Shown: one piece after another, positions 29,160 to 39,400 of the stretch
Position numbering within the stretch: position 1 is the first letter of the stretch
Layout of the letters: each line of letters begins with the position of its first letter
Source: Chrysochromulina tobinii
Taxonomy: Eukaryota
Length of the DNA stretch: 41,484 nt
Reading direction: 5' to 3'
NCBI GenBank assembly: GCA_001275005.1
Contig: JWZX01002746.1
Coordinates: 1-41,484, forward strand
The notes under the pieces: generated by a model
The model's database searches: none
Told to the model about the DNA's origin: nothing
The model's input: only the letters and a program-made list of their open reading frames with translations
Made by a program: the position numbers and the translations under genes

Positions 29160-30560
29160 CTACGAATGTGCGAGCGTATTCAGATTCGACCATCTCCCTA
29201 CACGCTCGCTCGCCAGCGACAGAAACTTGGGCACCGCGTTGAGGAAGCCTTCAAAGTGCGGCGCACGCACGACGAGACACCTGGTGGGCTCGGTGCATGC
29301 AGCGGTGCATGGGCGCGGGCGTGCAATTGCCCCGAGGGCGTGGTTAGAGAGCGCTCCCTCGCCAAACCACGAGGTCTCATCTTGTGCCGCACGCTCCCCG
29401 ATCGTCCGCCAAATGCCCAGCACTGGATCGCGCTTGCTCAGCCTCACGCGCCCCTCGAGCAGCAGGTACACACCCGTGAGCGCCGAGGGCCCCTCACTCT
29501 CGTGAAAGACGATCGCACCGCTTGCAAACTCGTGCACCTCCATCAGCGGCGCGAGCGCGCGCGCCGTATTGGGCAGTACGCTTCGGAGGAGCCTCATCCG
29601 CGGCATGAGCCAGGCCACCACCCGAGGGCGCACCTCGGAACGCAGCTCGATGGCGCTGAGCTGGGGTGAGCCACCTCCCTCGACGGCATGCATATCGGCT
29701 GCGCTTAGTATCAGTATGTAGCAGTCCGTCTCGGCCACAACTGACGCGTCGCGCCGGACCCGCGTCGTGATGAGAGCGTCTTCCCCGAACGAGGCGCCCG
29801 TCGTGAGCCGCGTGCTCGTGCCACGCTCCGCTGAATGCATGCGTACCGAGCCGCGGAGCAGGAGGAAGAAGCTGCTCCCCTCGCTCCCCTCGCGGAAGAT
29901 GTTGCCATACCGTTGGAAGAGCTTGTGCCGCCCACGCCGGTAGAGTGCATGCAACTCGCCGTAGGGCAGCGAGCGGAACCAGTGCACATGGCGCATCTGC
30001 CCAATGATCTGCTCGTCGCTCAGGCCGCACTCTAGCTGGATCCGTTCGATTAGGTACCCTCTGATGGCCTCTGATGGCAACTCTTCAGATGTGATTGCCC
30101 TTGTCATCAGGCTCTCTCCGAGCTGAAGCCGCCCCGTCAGGTACCCCGCGCTAATGCTGCTGCCGCTGCTGCCACCAGCCTCGTCAGCCTGATGGCCATT
30201 CAACACTCGTGCCTGCGCCTTGCGGTGGGCGATTGCCTGGCTGATGGCCTTTCTGACCTCCTCGGCCTCGCGCGCCTGCTTCTCGTCATCGGGTAGTTCG
30301 CCAAAAATGGATGGGAAGCGTGACAAGGCCCGCTCCACATCTTCCTCGGCCGGCCGGCCGCTCGGCAGCGGCGGGAGCGGCCCACTTTTGATCATAGAGC
30401 CGCCCTCGAGATATAGAGCTGGCCGCTCTTGTCCTGATTGCTCTCGTGTGTGCAAATAAATGGTCGTGCTGTACTGCGAATGATACTTTCCGCTCACGGA
30501 GGCACGCGCCGCATGCAGAGCGCGAGTGGAGGACGGTCTGCGCGGTGATGTGAGTGGCAT
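29160..30560 (-). CDS. Protein with two cyclic-nucleotide-binding (cNMP/CAP_ED) domains
   Basis: IFREGSEGSSFFLLLRGSV...GASFGEDAL...RRDASVVA and VFHESEG...VYLLLEGRV...WFGEGAL...RPCTAAC. Start uncertain (ATG 30560 or 30395; ORF open to 30653). Confidence 0.82.
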   Translation of the reverse strand: MPLTSPRRPSSTRALHAARASVSGKYHSQYSTTIYLHTREQSGQERPALYLEGGSMIKSGPLPPLPSGRPAEEDVERALSRFPSIFGELPDDEKQAREAEEVRKAISQAIAHRKAQARVLNGHQADEAGGSSGSSISAGYLTGRLQLGESLMTRAITSEELPSEAIRGYLIERIQLECGLSDEQIIGQMRHVHWFRSLPYGELHALYRRGRHKLFQRYGNIFREGSEGSSFFLLLRGSVRMHSAERGTSTRLTTGASFGEDALITTRVRRDASVVAETDCYILILSAADMHAVEGGGSPQLSAIELRSEVRPRVVAWLMPRMRLLRSVLPNTARALAPLMEVHEFASGAIVFHESEGPSALTGVYLLLEGRVRLSKRDPVLGIWRTIGERAAQDETSWFGEGALSNHALGAIARPRPCTAACTEPTRCLVVRAPHFEGFLNAVPKFLSLASERVGRWSNLNTLAHS

Positions 30561-31195
30561 CGCGCCCAGCGTCACACGGGGCGAGGCCGGTGTTAGCGAG
30601 CCGGAAATGCGACCCATTTTTATCACCCAACGTGCAAACAAGACAAGGTACATATCGTATGCACATATCGTATGTCAAAAGTCAAATGCATGTTGTGTTC
30701 CCCGAACCCGCACTGCGTCATCCGCCATGGTGTTAAGGTCAATGTGTGTCTTTGTGACACCTGAAGTACGTCGTGACGATACAATTGTACGGGGTCTAGA
30801 CAGTCGTGTTGCAGCTGAGCTCGAGCCGGTGAGGGCTGCTGGAGCTGGTCCGTTGAGGACGGGAGAGCTTTAGCCCGTTAACTTGCTGTTGGTGTTGCTC
30901 AGAACACATAATCATAAAAACAATATACAAAAACCGGAGTTGACGCCCAGACAAGACGAGAGCTGCGCGAGACGAGCCAACATCGATCATGGTTCATGCC
31001 CGGTGACACACCCACATGGTTAACATGGTAAGTCTCTGACTCCATTGTCACGCTGCACGCACTTCCGAGGTCCTTCTCTTTGCATGGTGTGCGCGCCAAT
31101 GGCACTGAGGGCATAGGACATCTCACTCGCTCAGCTGGGCATCCACGCCAGCATGCGCACGGGTGGCAGCTCTTCACTCGCAACCGACCGGCCAC

Positions 31196-34100
31196 TCACG
31201 AGGAGACTGTCCAATCTCGACCAATCTCCTTGAGTGCGGACTTGGTGATGCGCGTGGGCGTGGCTCCCGGGTGCGCGGCCAGGTACGCTTTTAGGTTCGC
31301 GAGCGCGTCACGCTCCGCCTGCAGCTCGGCCAGCAGCGTCGCGTGAAGCTGGCGCTCGGCCGCGGCGCGCTCGCGTGCGGCTTCGAGCTCAAGCTGCTGT
31401 GTATCAGCCGCGGCCGCTGCGTCACGCAGCTTGCGCCGCAGCTCACGGTTCGCCTGCTTGTAGTAAAAGTTGTCCTTCCCGAGCACCTCGAGCGTCTGCT
31501 GCGAGGGCGAACGCGCCACCGAGCTCGCGACACTGTCGGGGGTGCGCTCGTCAGCAGAACGCGACTCAGAGCGGCTAGGTGTGAGTGCCGACGTCACCAC
31601 TTCGCCGTCACGGCCCGTGGCCTCGGCGGCGCTGCGATCGGCGTCGGCGCCGGTCGGCGCACCGGCCGGCGGTGGTGGCTGGTCGTGCTGCGACGCTCGT
31701 GATGGCGCTTTTGCATGCTGCAGCTGCGCCTGAAGAGTTTGCACCACGCGCTGCTGCTCGATGAGCTCGCGCACATGGCGCGCATGCGCGTGCTCGAGGC
31801 GGCGCTCGGCATCCGCGGCCGCCTGGCGCGCGGCCGCCTGAGCAGCGGCGACGGCGGCGTCCTTATCGCTCAGCGCGAGCTCGGCCGCCTCGAGCTGGCG
31901 TGCCTTGATCTTCTGGTCGTGGCGCAGCTCGAGCAGCCGGCTCAGGTTCGCCGAGAGCACACGGCGCGCGACCGGTAGGGACATGTGCGCGAGCTGCGCA
32001 TCGAGCTGCTCCGTCGAGGGCATCCCGCCGCCCATCTGCCCTATCGACTCGCGCAGCTCGCCGATGGCCGAGTTGCGGAACTCGAGTGTCGCAGTGAGAT
32101 CCTCGAGCTGCTCCTCGAGCGCACGGAGCTCGGACTGGGCAGCGGCGTCGAGCAGCTCGGCGCCGCCTGCCTCCCCGAGGGCCTCAAGCTCGGCGAGACG
32201 CTCCTGGGCCTCGCGCCGCTCGGTGAGCAATTGGGGCAGCTCCGCGCCGCCCTCGCCCTCGCCGCCCTCGCCGCCCTCGACGTCCTCGACGCCGCCGGCC
32301 TCTCGCTCGCGGGCCTCGGCGATGAGGGTGTCGAGCTGCGCGAGGTGCTGCGAGAGGTCGTCCATCGAGGTGCGCCGCGAGATTGCGGTGCGCATTTGAC
32401 GCAGCTGGAGGGCCTCGCGGGACGCTAGCACGGCCTCCTGCTCCGCGAGCACGGCCTCGCGCCGGCCTAGCTCAACGGCCAGTGCGTCGGCTGCCTCCTT
32501 ACGCTTGAGCAACGCCTCCTCCAAGGCCACCTGCTCCGCGGCTGCCTCCCGCGCTTCCCGCGCCTCCCGCGCGTCGCGCGCCTCGCGTGCCTCGGCATGC
32601 GCCGCATGTGCTGCGGGCGCGGCTTTGGACGGCGACGGGATGAGCGACGGGCGGCTGCAGCCTTCGGCGTCCGCAGCGGCCTTGCGCGCGGTCGCCGCAG
32701 GCTTGGAGGCGACAGCAGGCGTACCATTGGACGTCCGACCGTTGGGCGTCGCCGCCTCGGGCCGGGCCGACAACGGCAGACGGCTGGTCGCTCCCTGTGC
32801 CCCGCCTCCTCCACCGCCTGCGCCGACGCCTGCGCCTGCGACTGCGACTGCGCCGACGCCTGCGCCGACGCCTGCTCCTGCGCCGGTCCCGGTCCCGGTC
32901 CCGGTGCCGCTGCCGCTGCCGCTGCCACTGCCGCTGCGCCGGCGCTGGGGCACGGCACCATCCTGTGTCTGACGCTGCAGCAGCTGCAGCTGGCGCGCGT
33001 TCGTCTGCTCGAGCGTGCGGACCTTCTTGACATACTCCTCCGACTGCTTGCGCAGCATGAGCAGCTCACGCTCGCCCTCGAGCCGACGCTGCTCGTACCG
33101 CTCCTGCTTGGCGCGCAGCGCGTCGCGCAGCCCCGACTGCTGTGACTTCATTCGCGCCACCTCGGCATGCAGCTCGGCGAGCTTACGTTCGGCGTCCTCT
33201 CGTGACTTGAGCGCGCGCTCCTGCTCACGCTGCTTGCGGCGCATCTCGCCTAGCCGGCTCTCGGTCTCCTTAAGACGACGCTCGTACTCGAGGCGCAGCG
33301 AGCGCTTCTGCTCCTCGCTCTTGCCCGCCTGCCGCTCGGCGCTCTCCATCTCGAGCTTCGTCGAGTGCAGCTCCTCCTGCAACGTGACAATCTGGCGCGA
33401 CATCTCGCCCAGTCGCTCCTGGTACGACTGCACCACCGACTTGCTCTCCTGGTCGGCTCGCATCAGATCGCGAATCAGCTCCTCCTTGAGCCGGATGTTG
33501 AGCGTCAGGTCGCGCACCGACGCGGTGATCTGCTGCTGCTGAGCCTCGTGATCGAGCGAGAGCGACTCCGACTCGGCCGCCGCGGCCGCCGCCTGAGAGC
33601 TAAGCTGGCGCTGGTCGTTTTGCAACTGCTCGCGCTCGCGGTCGAGCTCCCGAATGTCGCGCTCGAGCGCCGCGATTTCTTCGCTCGCAGGCAAGGATCG
33701 GCCGACGACGGCGGCGACCACCTCGCCTCCGGCACCCTCCGCGGCTGCCGCCGCCACCGCCGCCGCCGCCGTGCCGTCGTCATCGGTGGGCGCCTCGAGC
33801 ATCTTCTCAGAGAGCTCCTCGTCGCCGCAGAGTACCTCGTCATCTGCCTCGAGGCGCTCCGCATACGCACGGCTGGGCGAGCAGGTGAGGTGTAGCGGCC
33901 CCTCGTCCGCCGCTTCGATGCCGCCGCCTGCGCCACCGCTGCGCTCGCTGCCGCCGCTTCTGACCGAGTCGAGGGTGGCACTGAGTGCAAGCGGGCTGAG
34001 GCCACTGGCACGGCTGCGGGTACTCGCCGCCGAGGGGGGGGTGTCGTAGGGCGCGCCTTCTTCGTCGAGCCGGCGCCGCGCGCTGCCGGCGCGGCTCCGG

Positions 34101-36349
34101 GCGCGGCTGCCAGCAGCAGCCGGCAGGCCGCCCGAGTCGAGGCTATTGGCGTGCGTGCCGTCGTCGGCTTCGTTGACGCCCTCGGTGTACAGCGACGCCT
34201 GCAGAGCGGCGTGCGCCTCCCGCAGCGAGCCGTACGCGCGGTGTAGCTCACGCAACTCCTTGAGCTTCTCCGCAAAGATCTGCTCGTCGCGCCCCAAGTC
34301 GGCCCTCGCTTCAGCCAACTCGGATGCGAGCGAAGCGGAATGAGCCCGACTCTCATGTAGGTCGGCTTCGCGCGCTGCGAGGGCGTTCCGAAGGCGCACC
34401 ACCTCCTCGGCGGCGTGCGCGCGCGCTGCGGCGAGCGCACCGGGGGCACCCTCGCCCTCGCCGCCAGCGTGCAGTGCGCCGACGGGTTCGGTGGGCGAAC
34501 GGCGCGGCGGCGCGGACCAGGGGCGACTTGCGCTCGGAGGGGTTGTGGGGGGTAGCGTCAGTTTGCCACGAGTCTGCGCGCCAGAGGTGCTTGCTGCGAC
34601 GATGGCGTCGTGCGAGGCGGCGGCAGGCGCGAGCAAGCCCTCCTCCAGCTGCGCCAGCTGCTGCACCGCAAGCGACTGCAGCAGCTGGCCGCGCTCGGCC
34701 GCGCGCCGGAGCGCATCGACCACCGACGTCGCTGGCTCTCCGCTCGTCGCTAGATTGTCGTCGGGCTCCAGCAGCGTCACATTCGTCCCCAGCCGATGGG
34801 TGAGCTGTGCCCGCTGTGCTTCGGCGCGCCCCCACTGCTGGATCGTGTGCCGCAGTAGCTGCAACGGCGCCGAGGCGGCGGCCGAGGCGTCGGCCCAGGC
34901 GGCTGTGGAGGAGCGCCGCAGGGGCGAGGCACTCGGAGAGAGGTCAGGAGAGCCAAGGGGCGTGAGCCCCGCGTCGCGTCTCGCTTCCTCCCGACCACGT
35001 GCATGCTGCACGAGCGCGGCGAGCAGCTGCTGCATCTGTTCGGCGGGCAGCTCAGCGCGCATCACCGAGAGCACGTGCTGGCTCAGCGGCAGCGGCATTG
35101 ACGAACCGCGCAGCTCGCCATCCTCGTCGCCATACAGCACCTCACCGCCCTGCTCGTCCACGCGTGCGAGGTTGCCGGCAGGCGGCGGCGGCGGCGGCGA
35201 CGGCAGCTGGCCCTGCTGCTGCTGCTGTTGCCGCTGCAGCTGCGCCTGCAGTGCCGCGATCTCCTCGCGCAGATCCACCACGCTCGGCATCTCGCGATTC
35301 ACAACCGGCTTGTTGGTAATGTTGCGCGCGCGGTTCGCGTACCGGAGCGTGTTGAGCGACTCGTCGAGGTTGCCGTCGGCGGGCGAGACGCACGCGACCA
35401 TGAGGGTGCGCGTATTGCCGCCGAGAGAGTCCTGAAGCAGCCGCGTGAGCTTCGACTCGCGGTACGGCACGTGCTGCGCGAGCGAGCTCTTATGCCGGCC
35501 TTGCTGGTCGCAGAGGGCCGCGATCACGTTGCCGAGCGCCATCAGACCCTGGTTGATCGAGACACTCTCCTTGAAGCGCTGCCCGACGGCGCCCGTCTTC
35601 TTGGCACGCTCGGAGCCGGCCAGATCCACCAGGTGCAGCTTGGACACGATGCGCTCCGCCCCCGCTCCCTTGGGGCGCTGCTCGACGATCACCGAGAAGA
35701 GCGAGTGCGAGCGCGACGAGACGGCGTTCATCAGGGTGGATCCGGTGGCGCGCCAGGCGGAACCGGCCTCGAGGCACTCGAAGAGCTCCTCCTTGGCGCC
35801 CACGGCGCGCTCGTGCACGCCCGTCAAGAAGATGCCGCCAGACGCGTCCTCGCGGATCGAGATCGACTTGGCGGGCGTGCGAGGATTCAGAAGGTCCTTG
35901 ACCTCTTCGTTGTAGATCTCGAGGTAGGTGGCGCGCACGAGGAACTCGGCCTCATCGGCGCGGGCGCGCAGTGCTTCGAAGAGGCCGTCCACCACGCGCG
36001 GCACCACGCCGCGCATCTCGGGCGCGACGCACGAGAGGCTGCCGCTGCCCATAGTGTACGTCTTCCCGGAGCCCGTTTGGCCGTAGGCGAAGACAGTCGC
36101 ATTGTAGCCCTGCATGCACGCCTCGACGAGCGGCGCGCACGCCTCATCATAGACGCTCTGCTGCGAAGCGTCCTCGCCAAAGACAAAGTCGAAGGTGAAC
36201 GCGCGGTCCTTGCCCACCACCAGCTGCCGCTCTGCCGGGTGCACCTTCAGGCACAAGCTCTGCTGCTCGAGCTTCTCCTTGGGGATCATGGGACGCACGC
36301 GCACGGCGACCTTGACGTGGTCGTCGGCGCGTTCATCCTCGGCTGGCAT
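31196..36349 (-). CDS. KIF27: Kinesin-4 family motor, KIF27/KIF7-like (1717 aa)
   Basis: Motor domain with VKVAVRVRP, GKDRAFTFDFVF, AYGQTGSGKT, NAVSSRSH, LVDLAGSE and HVPYRESKLTRLLQDSLGG. Stalk and tail motifs LTLNIRLKEELIRDL and KDNFYYKQANRELRRKL resemble KIF27/KIF7. Confidence 0.9.
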   Translation of the reverse strand: MPAEDERADDHVKVAVRVRPMIPKEKLEQQSLCLKVHPAERQLVVGKDRAFTFDFVFGEDASQQSVYDEACAPLVEACMQGYNATVFAYGQTGSGKTYTMGSGSLSCVAPEMRGVVPRVVDGLFEALRARADEAEFLVRATYLEIYNEEVKDLLNPRTPAKSISIREDASGGIFLTGVHERAVGAKEELFECLEAGSAWRATGSTLMNAVSSRSHSLFSVIVEQRPKGAGAERIVSKLHLVDLAGSERAKKTGAVGQRFKESVSINQGLMALGNVIAALCDQQGRHKSSLAQHVPYRESKLTRLLQDSLGGNTRTLMVACVSPADGNLDESLNTLRYANRARNITNKPVVNREMPSVVDLREEIAALQAQLQRQQQQQQGQLPSPPPPPPAGNLARVDEQGGEVLYGDEDGELRGSSMPLPLSQHVLSVMRAELPAEQMQQLLAALVQHARGREEARRDAGLTPLGSPDLSPSASPLRRSSTAAWADASAAASAPLQLLRHTIQQWGRAEAQRAQLTHRLGTNVTLLEPDDNLATSGEPATSVVDALRRAAERGQLLQSLAVQQLAQLEEGLLAPAAASHDAIVAASTSGAQTRGKLTLPPTTPPSASRPWSAPPRRSPTEPVGALHAGGEGEGAPGALAAARAHAAEEVVRLRNALAAREADLHESRAHSASLASELAEARADLGRDEQIFAEKLKELRELHRAYGSLREAHAALQASLYTEGVNEADDGTHANSLDSGGLPAAAGSRARSRAGSARRRLDEEGAPYDTPPSAASTRSRASGLSPLALSATLDSVRSGGSERSGGAGGGIEAADEGPLHLTCSPSRAYAERLEADDEVLCGDEELSEKMLEAPTDDDGTAAAAVAAAAAEGAGGEVVAAVVGRSLPASEEIAALERDIRELDREREQLQNDQRQLSSQAAAAAAESESLSLDHEAQQQQITASVRDLTLNIRLKEELIRDLMRADQESKSVVQSYQERLGEMSRQIVTLQEELHSTKLEMESAERQAGKSEEQKRSLRLEYERRLKETESRLGEMRRKQREQERALKSREDAERKLAELHAEVARMKSQQSGLRDALRAKQERYEQRRLEGERELLMLRKQSEEYVKKVRTLEQTNARQLQLLQRQTQDGAVPQRRRSGSGSGSGSGTGTGTGTGAGAGVGAGVGAVAVAGAGVGAGGGGGGAQGATSRLPLSARPEAATPNGRTSNGTPAVASKPAATARKAAADAEGCSRPSLIPSPSKAAPAAHAAHAEAREARDAREAREAREAAAEQVALEEALLKRKEAADALAVELGRREAVLAEQEAVLASREALQLRQMRTAISRRTSMDDLSQHLAQLDTLIAEAREREAGGVEDVEGGEGGEGEGGAELPQLLTERREAQERLAELEALGEAGGAELLDAAAQSELRALEEQLEDLTATLEFRNSAIGELRESIGQMGGGMPSTEQLDAQLAHMSLPVARRVLSANLSRLLELRHDQKIKARQLEAAELALSDKDAAVAAAQAAARQAAADAERRLEHAHARHVRELIEQQRVVQTLQAQLQHAKAPSRASQHDQPPPPAGAPTGADADRSAAEATGRDGEVVTSALTPSRSESRSADERTPDSVASSVARSPSQQTLEVLGKDNFYYKQANRELRRKLRDAAAAADTQQLELEAARERAAAERQLHATLLAELQAERDALANLKAYLAAHPGATPTRITKSALKEIGRDWTVSS
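32817..32935. repeat. Compound 6/12-bp coding repeats in the kinesin stalk (GS, GT, GA, GV dipeptides)
   Basis: Translates as SGSGSGSGSGTGTGTGTGAGAGVGAGVGAVAVAGAGVGAG on the minus strand. Confidence 0.85.
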
Positions 36350-36492
36350 GGCCGCCGCACCAAGGCCTCAGGGAAGAGGACCCACACCTCTGCGAGCCCG
36401 AGCAGGGCCGCTTTCGCGCCTTTCGATGACTTTCCCCGGAGAGACGGGACGCGCAGCCGTTTTGCATTTTTGGAAATGTCGGTTACACTAGT

Positions 36493-39400
36493 GTGCAGCT
36501 TGAAGGTGGAGCAAAACGCCGTAGTGAGCGTCTGTTCGTACAGAGGAGAGCTTGGCTAGTTTCTTGGCTCGGCCGCTCGCCCCGCCCGCAGAGTCTCAAA
36601 AGCTTCATTGAGGACCTTTCGCTCACGATCCCGGATGACTACAAGCCCGTCCAGGGCTTCATGGACAATCTCAAGGACATGTACCAAAAGAACAAGGGGC
36701 AGATCTGCGATCAGCTCTCGCAAGACGCCGTCAAACGTATTTTCGCCAAGGTCGAACAGATGACGTTCACGGCGGATGACTCTGGGTTGTCGCAGGAGCA
36801 GGAGCAGGAGCAGGAGGAGGAGAAGGAGCAAGAGACAGTCCCTCGTGACGACGACCAGCCTGTCATCCTCTCCGACCTCGCGTTCGCACGCACTAACGAG
36901 GAGGCAGTGCCGTGGAAGATTCCGTGGCTCGCTGAACCGAAGAAATGCATCTTCGACGCACGCACCGATGCGGCCAGGGAGCCGACGCCGACGGAGGGCG
37001 ACACGCTGCCGGCCGGCTGCTTCTACCACGCTAACCAGTTTGGCATCCACCACGGCGAGCGCATCGCCGCGCTCCCAGATGACTTATTGATCAGTCGCAA
37101 CTTTTACAACCCCGAGTGGAAGGGCCCTCGGCGCGTCAAGAACGTGGTCGTGCTGCTCGAGTGGATCCCCTCCCTGCGCGCGCTCGCACAGGAACGCGGG
37201 GGATCCACTCGAGGGGATACACCCCCTGCGCTCGCACAGGAGCGCGGGGGTGGCGCCGGTGCGTCAGGCGTGCCGGCGCTGGACGCGAAGGTCGATTCGC
37301 GCCAGATCAGCGAGGTGCTCTGGGACCTGTTCGCCTGCGGCAACAAACTCACCAAGTATGGGCTGCAGCAGATTCTCGGCCGGGTCCTGTACGGCGAGCA
37401 CACCGATGAGAAGGACGTTGACAGTATGATGAAGGAGCTCGTGGGCAACCAGGGAAGCACGCACGCACTCACCTCCAAGGAGCAGCTCCAGAGGATTCTC
37501 GAGAGCGTCGCGCTCGGGACGGAGCTCAAGGGGCGGCACTTCGTTGCCATCACCCTCCGTGAGGCGGAGGTACTGCGCGCGACGATCCACGCGCGCTCGC
37601 GCCGGCGCTCGTCCGAGCCCTCGATGCTGCTCGACGGCGGCCAGGACACCGTCGTCGGGTTGCGTCTGGTCTCTTCGTCGGGCTTTCGGCTTCTTGATGC
37701 CTCGCACAAGTTCCCCGACTACGCCGACCGCCAGCTCCGCCGCGCCTGCGAGGTGCTTCGCTTCCTCGACCAGCAGACGCACTTCTCGGAGCCGGCCACG
37801 CTGGAGCTGCTGCGCGTCTTCAACCAGACGGACCTCCATACACGCGAGCACTTCCGCCGGCAGATGCTGCTCGGCCGCCGCCGAGAGAACCCGCTGCTTG
37901 AGCACACTCCTCTCTGGACGGTCCTGCAAAGCCCATCCGAACTCGCGCTCCTGCAGCGCACCGCGCTGCGCACCTTTCTGCAGATGGGCCTACGCTGCGA
38001 GTCCATGGTCGCCAAGAGCATCTTCGGCTGGATGGACATCAACCAGGACTCGCTGCTCCAGCTCAACGAGCTGGCGATCGGCCTGGCGGTACTCGAGCTA
38101 TCGAACACCGACGCGGACTGCTTGATGTGGCTCTCGGCGATCGACTCGGACAGCTTGGAGATCTCGTTGCGCAAGTTTACCGAGTTTCTCGAGACGGGCG
38201 CGAGCGCAGCTACGCCGGCCAGCGGCCCAGATGCCGAGACGGACATGGAGAAGCAAGCCAATTGGAGGCCGAAGGTGCTCTTCTCAACGCTTTGCGAGCT
38301 GCGCCAGCGCGCGGAGCTCGACTTGGCGGCTACCGTCCAGGGGCGGCGTGACAAGCTCGTGCGCGTAGTCAAGGAGCTGCGCGATCGCAAGGCCAAAGAG
38401 CTCAAGCAGCGCAACGAGCGCATCTCTACGCAGCAGCGCAAGCTGCTCCTCATCTACGAGCAAGAGGAGGAGCAAAACCTCGGCCCCAATCCGGCGATGA
38501 AACGCGGTGAGATCGTGTACTCCTTCTCGCGCCTCAACCTGCCCAAGAACATCGAGTTCCATGGACTGCCAGATTTCATGCCCGAGGTGGACAAGCAGTA
38601 CGAGGGCAAGCAGTACTTTGCGCTGCACGAGCTTGCCTATTTCTACGTGCGCCCGATACGCGTCGACCGCACGTCCAGCCAGCTGGCGGACGGCAAGGAC
38701 GTATCGGCAGAGCCCACGCCGGCAGAGTCCACACCGGCAGAGTGCACACAGCCAACTGGCGCATCGGCAGAGCCCACGCCGTTGATGACGAAGGGCGCGG
38801 CCGACGGCTCTGGTGCGGCCGACGAGCGCGACGAGGACGAGCCTCGCCCTCAATGCCTGCCGAGGTACTCGATCTATCTGCACATGAAGGTGACCGGGAA
38901 GCCTTCGATCCCGCTGCACCTGGTCGAGATCATGCCGCCCGAGGATGACGGCGACGAGCTGGCGACGCTGCAGCTCGAGACGAACATGAAGGTGTGCGAC
39001 ACGATGCAGATCGAGAGCAGCTTGCGCCAGTGGACCTCGAGCAGCCTTGTGCTCAAGTCGGACTGCTGGGAGCAGGTGACCATCGTTGTGGACTGTGTGA
39101 TGGGCACACTAGCCGTGTACCTCAACGGCGAGCAGATGTACGAGGTACAGGACGCCAAGAAGATTTGCTTGCCGCAGCTCGACGCCAAAGGCAACCTGCT
39201 CGTCAACGGCCCGTTTGCGCTCTGGCCGCACGCGGGCTTCAAGATGTTCCAGGAGTCGGACGTGGCAGGGGTGAAAGTCGCGCTGCGCGAGATGTCGATC
39301 TCTCAGGAGGCGATGACAGCGGAGCAGGTGCGCAAGCAGCACGAGGAGCGTGGCGCGTGGCCGTGCCGAATGTGCCATCGGATGCTCGGCGCCGACCGCA

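Noticed and set aside
38703..38781. 15-bp repeats encoding SAEPTP/AESTP/AECTQ
   Set aside because: Ordinary low-complexity linker duplication within the large ORF, with no clear splice signals.
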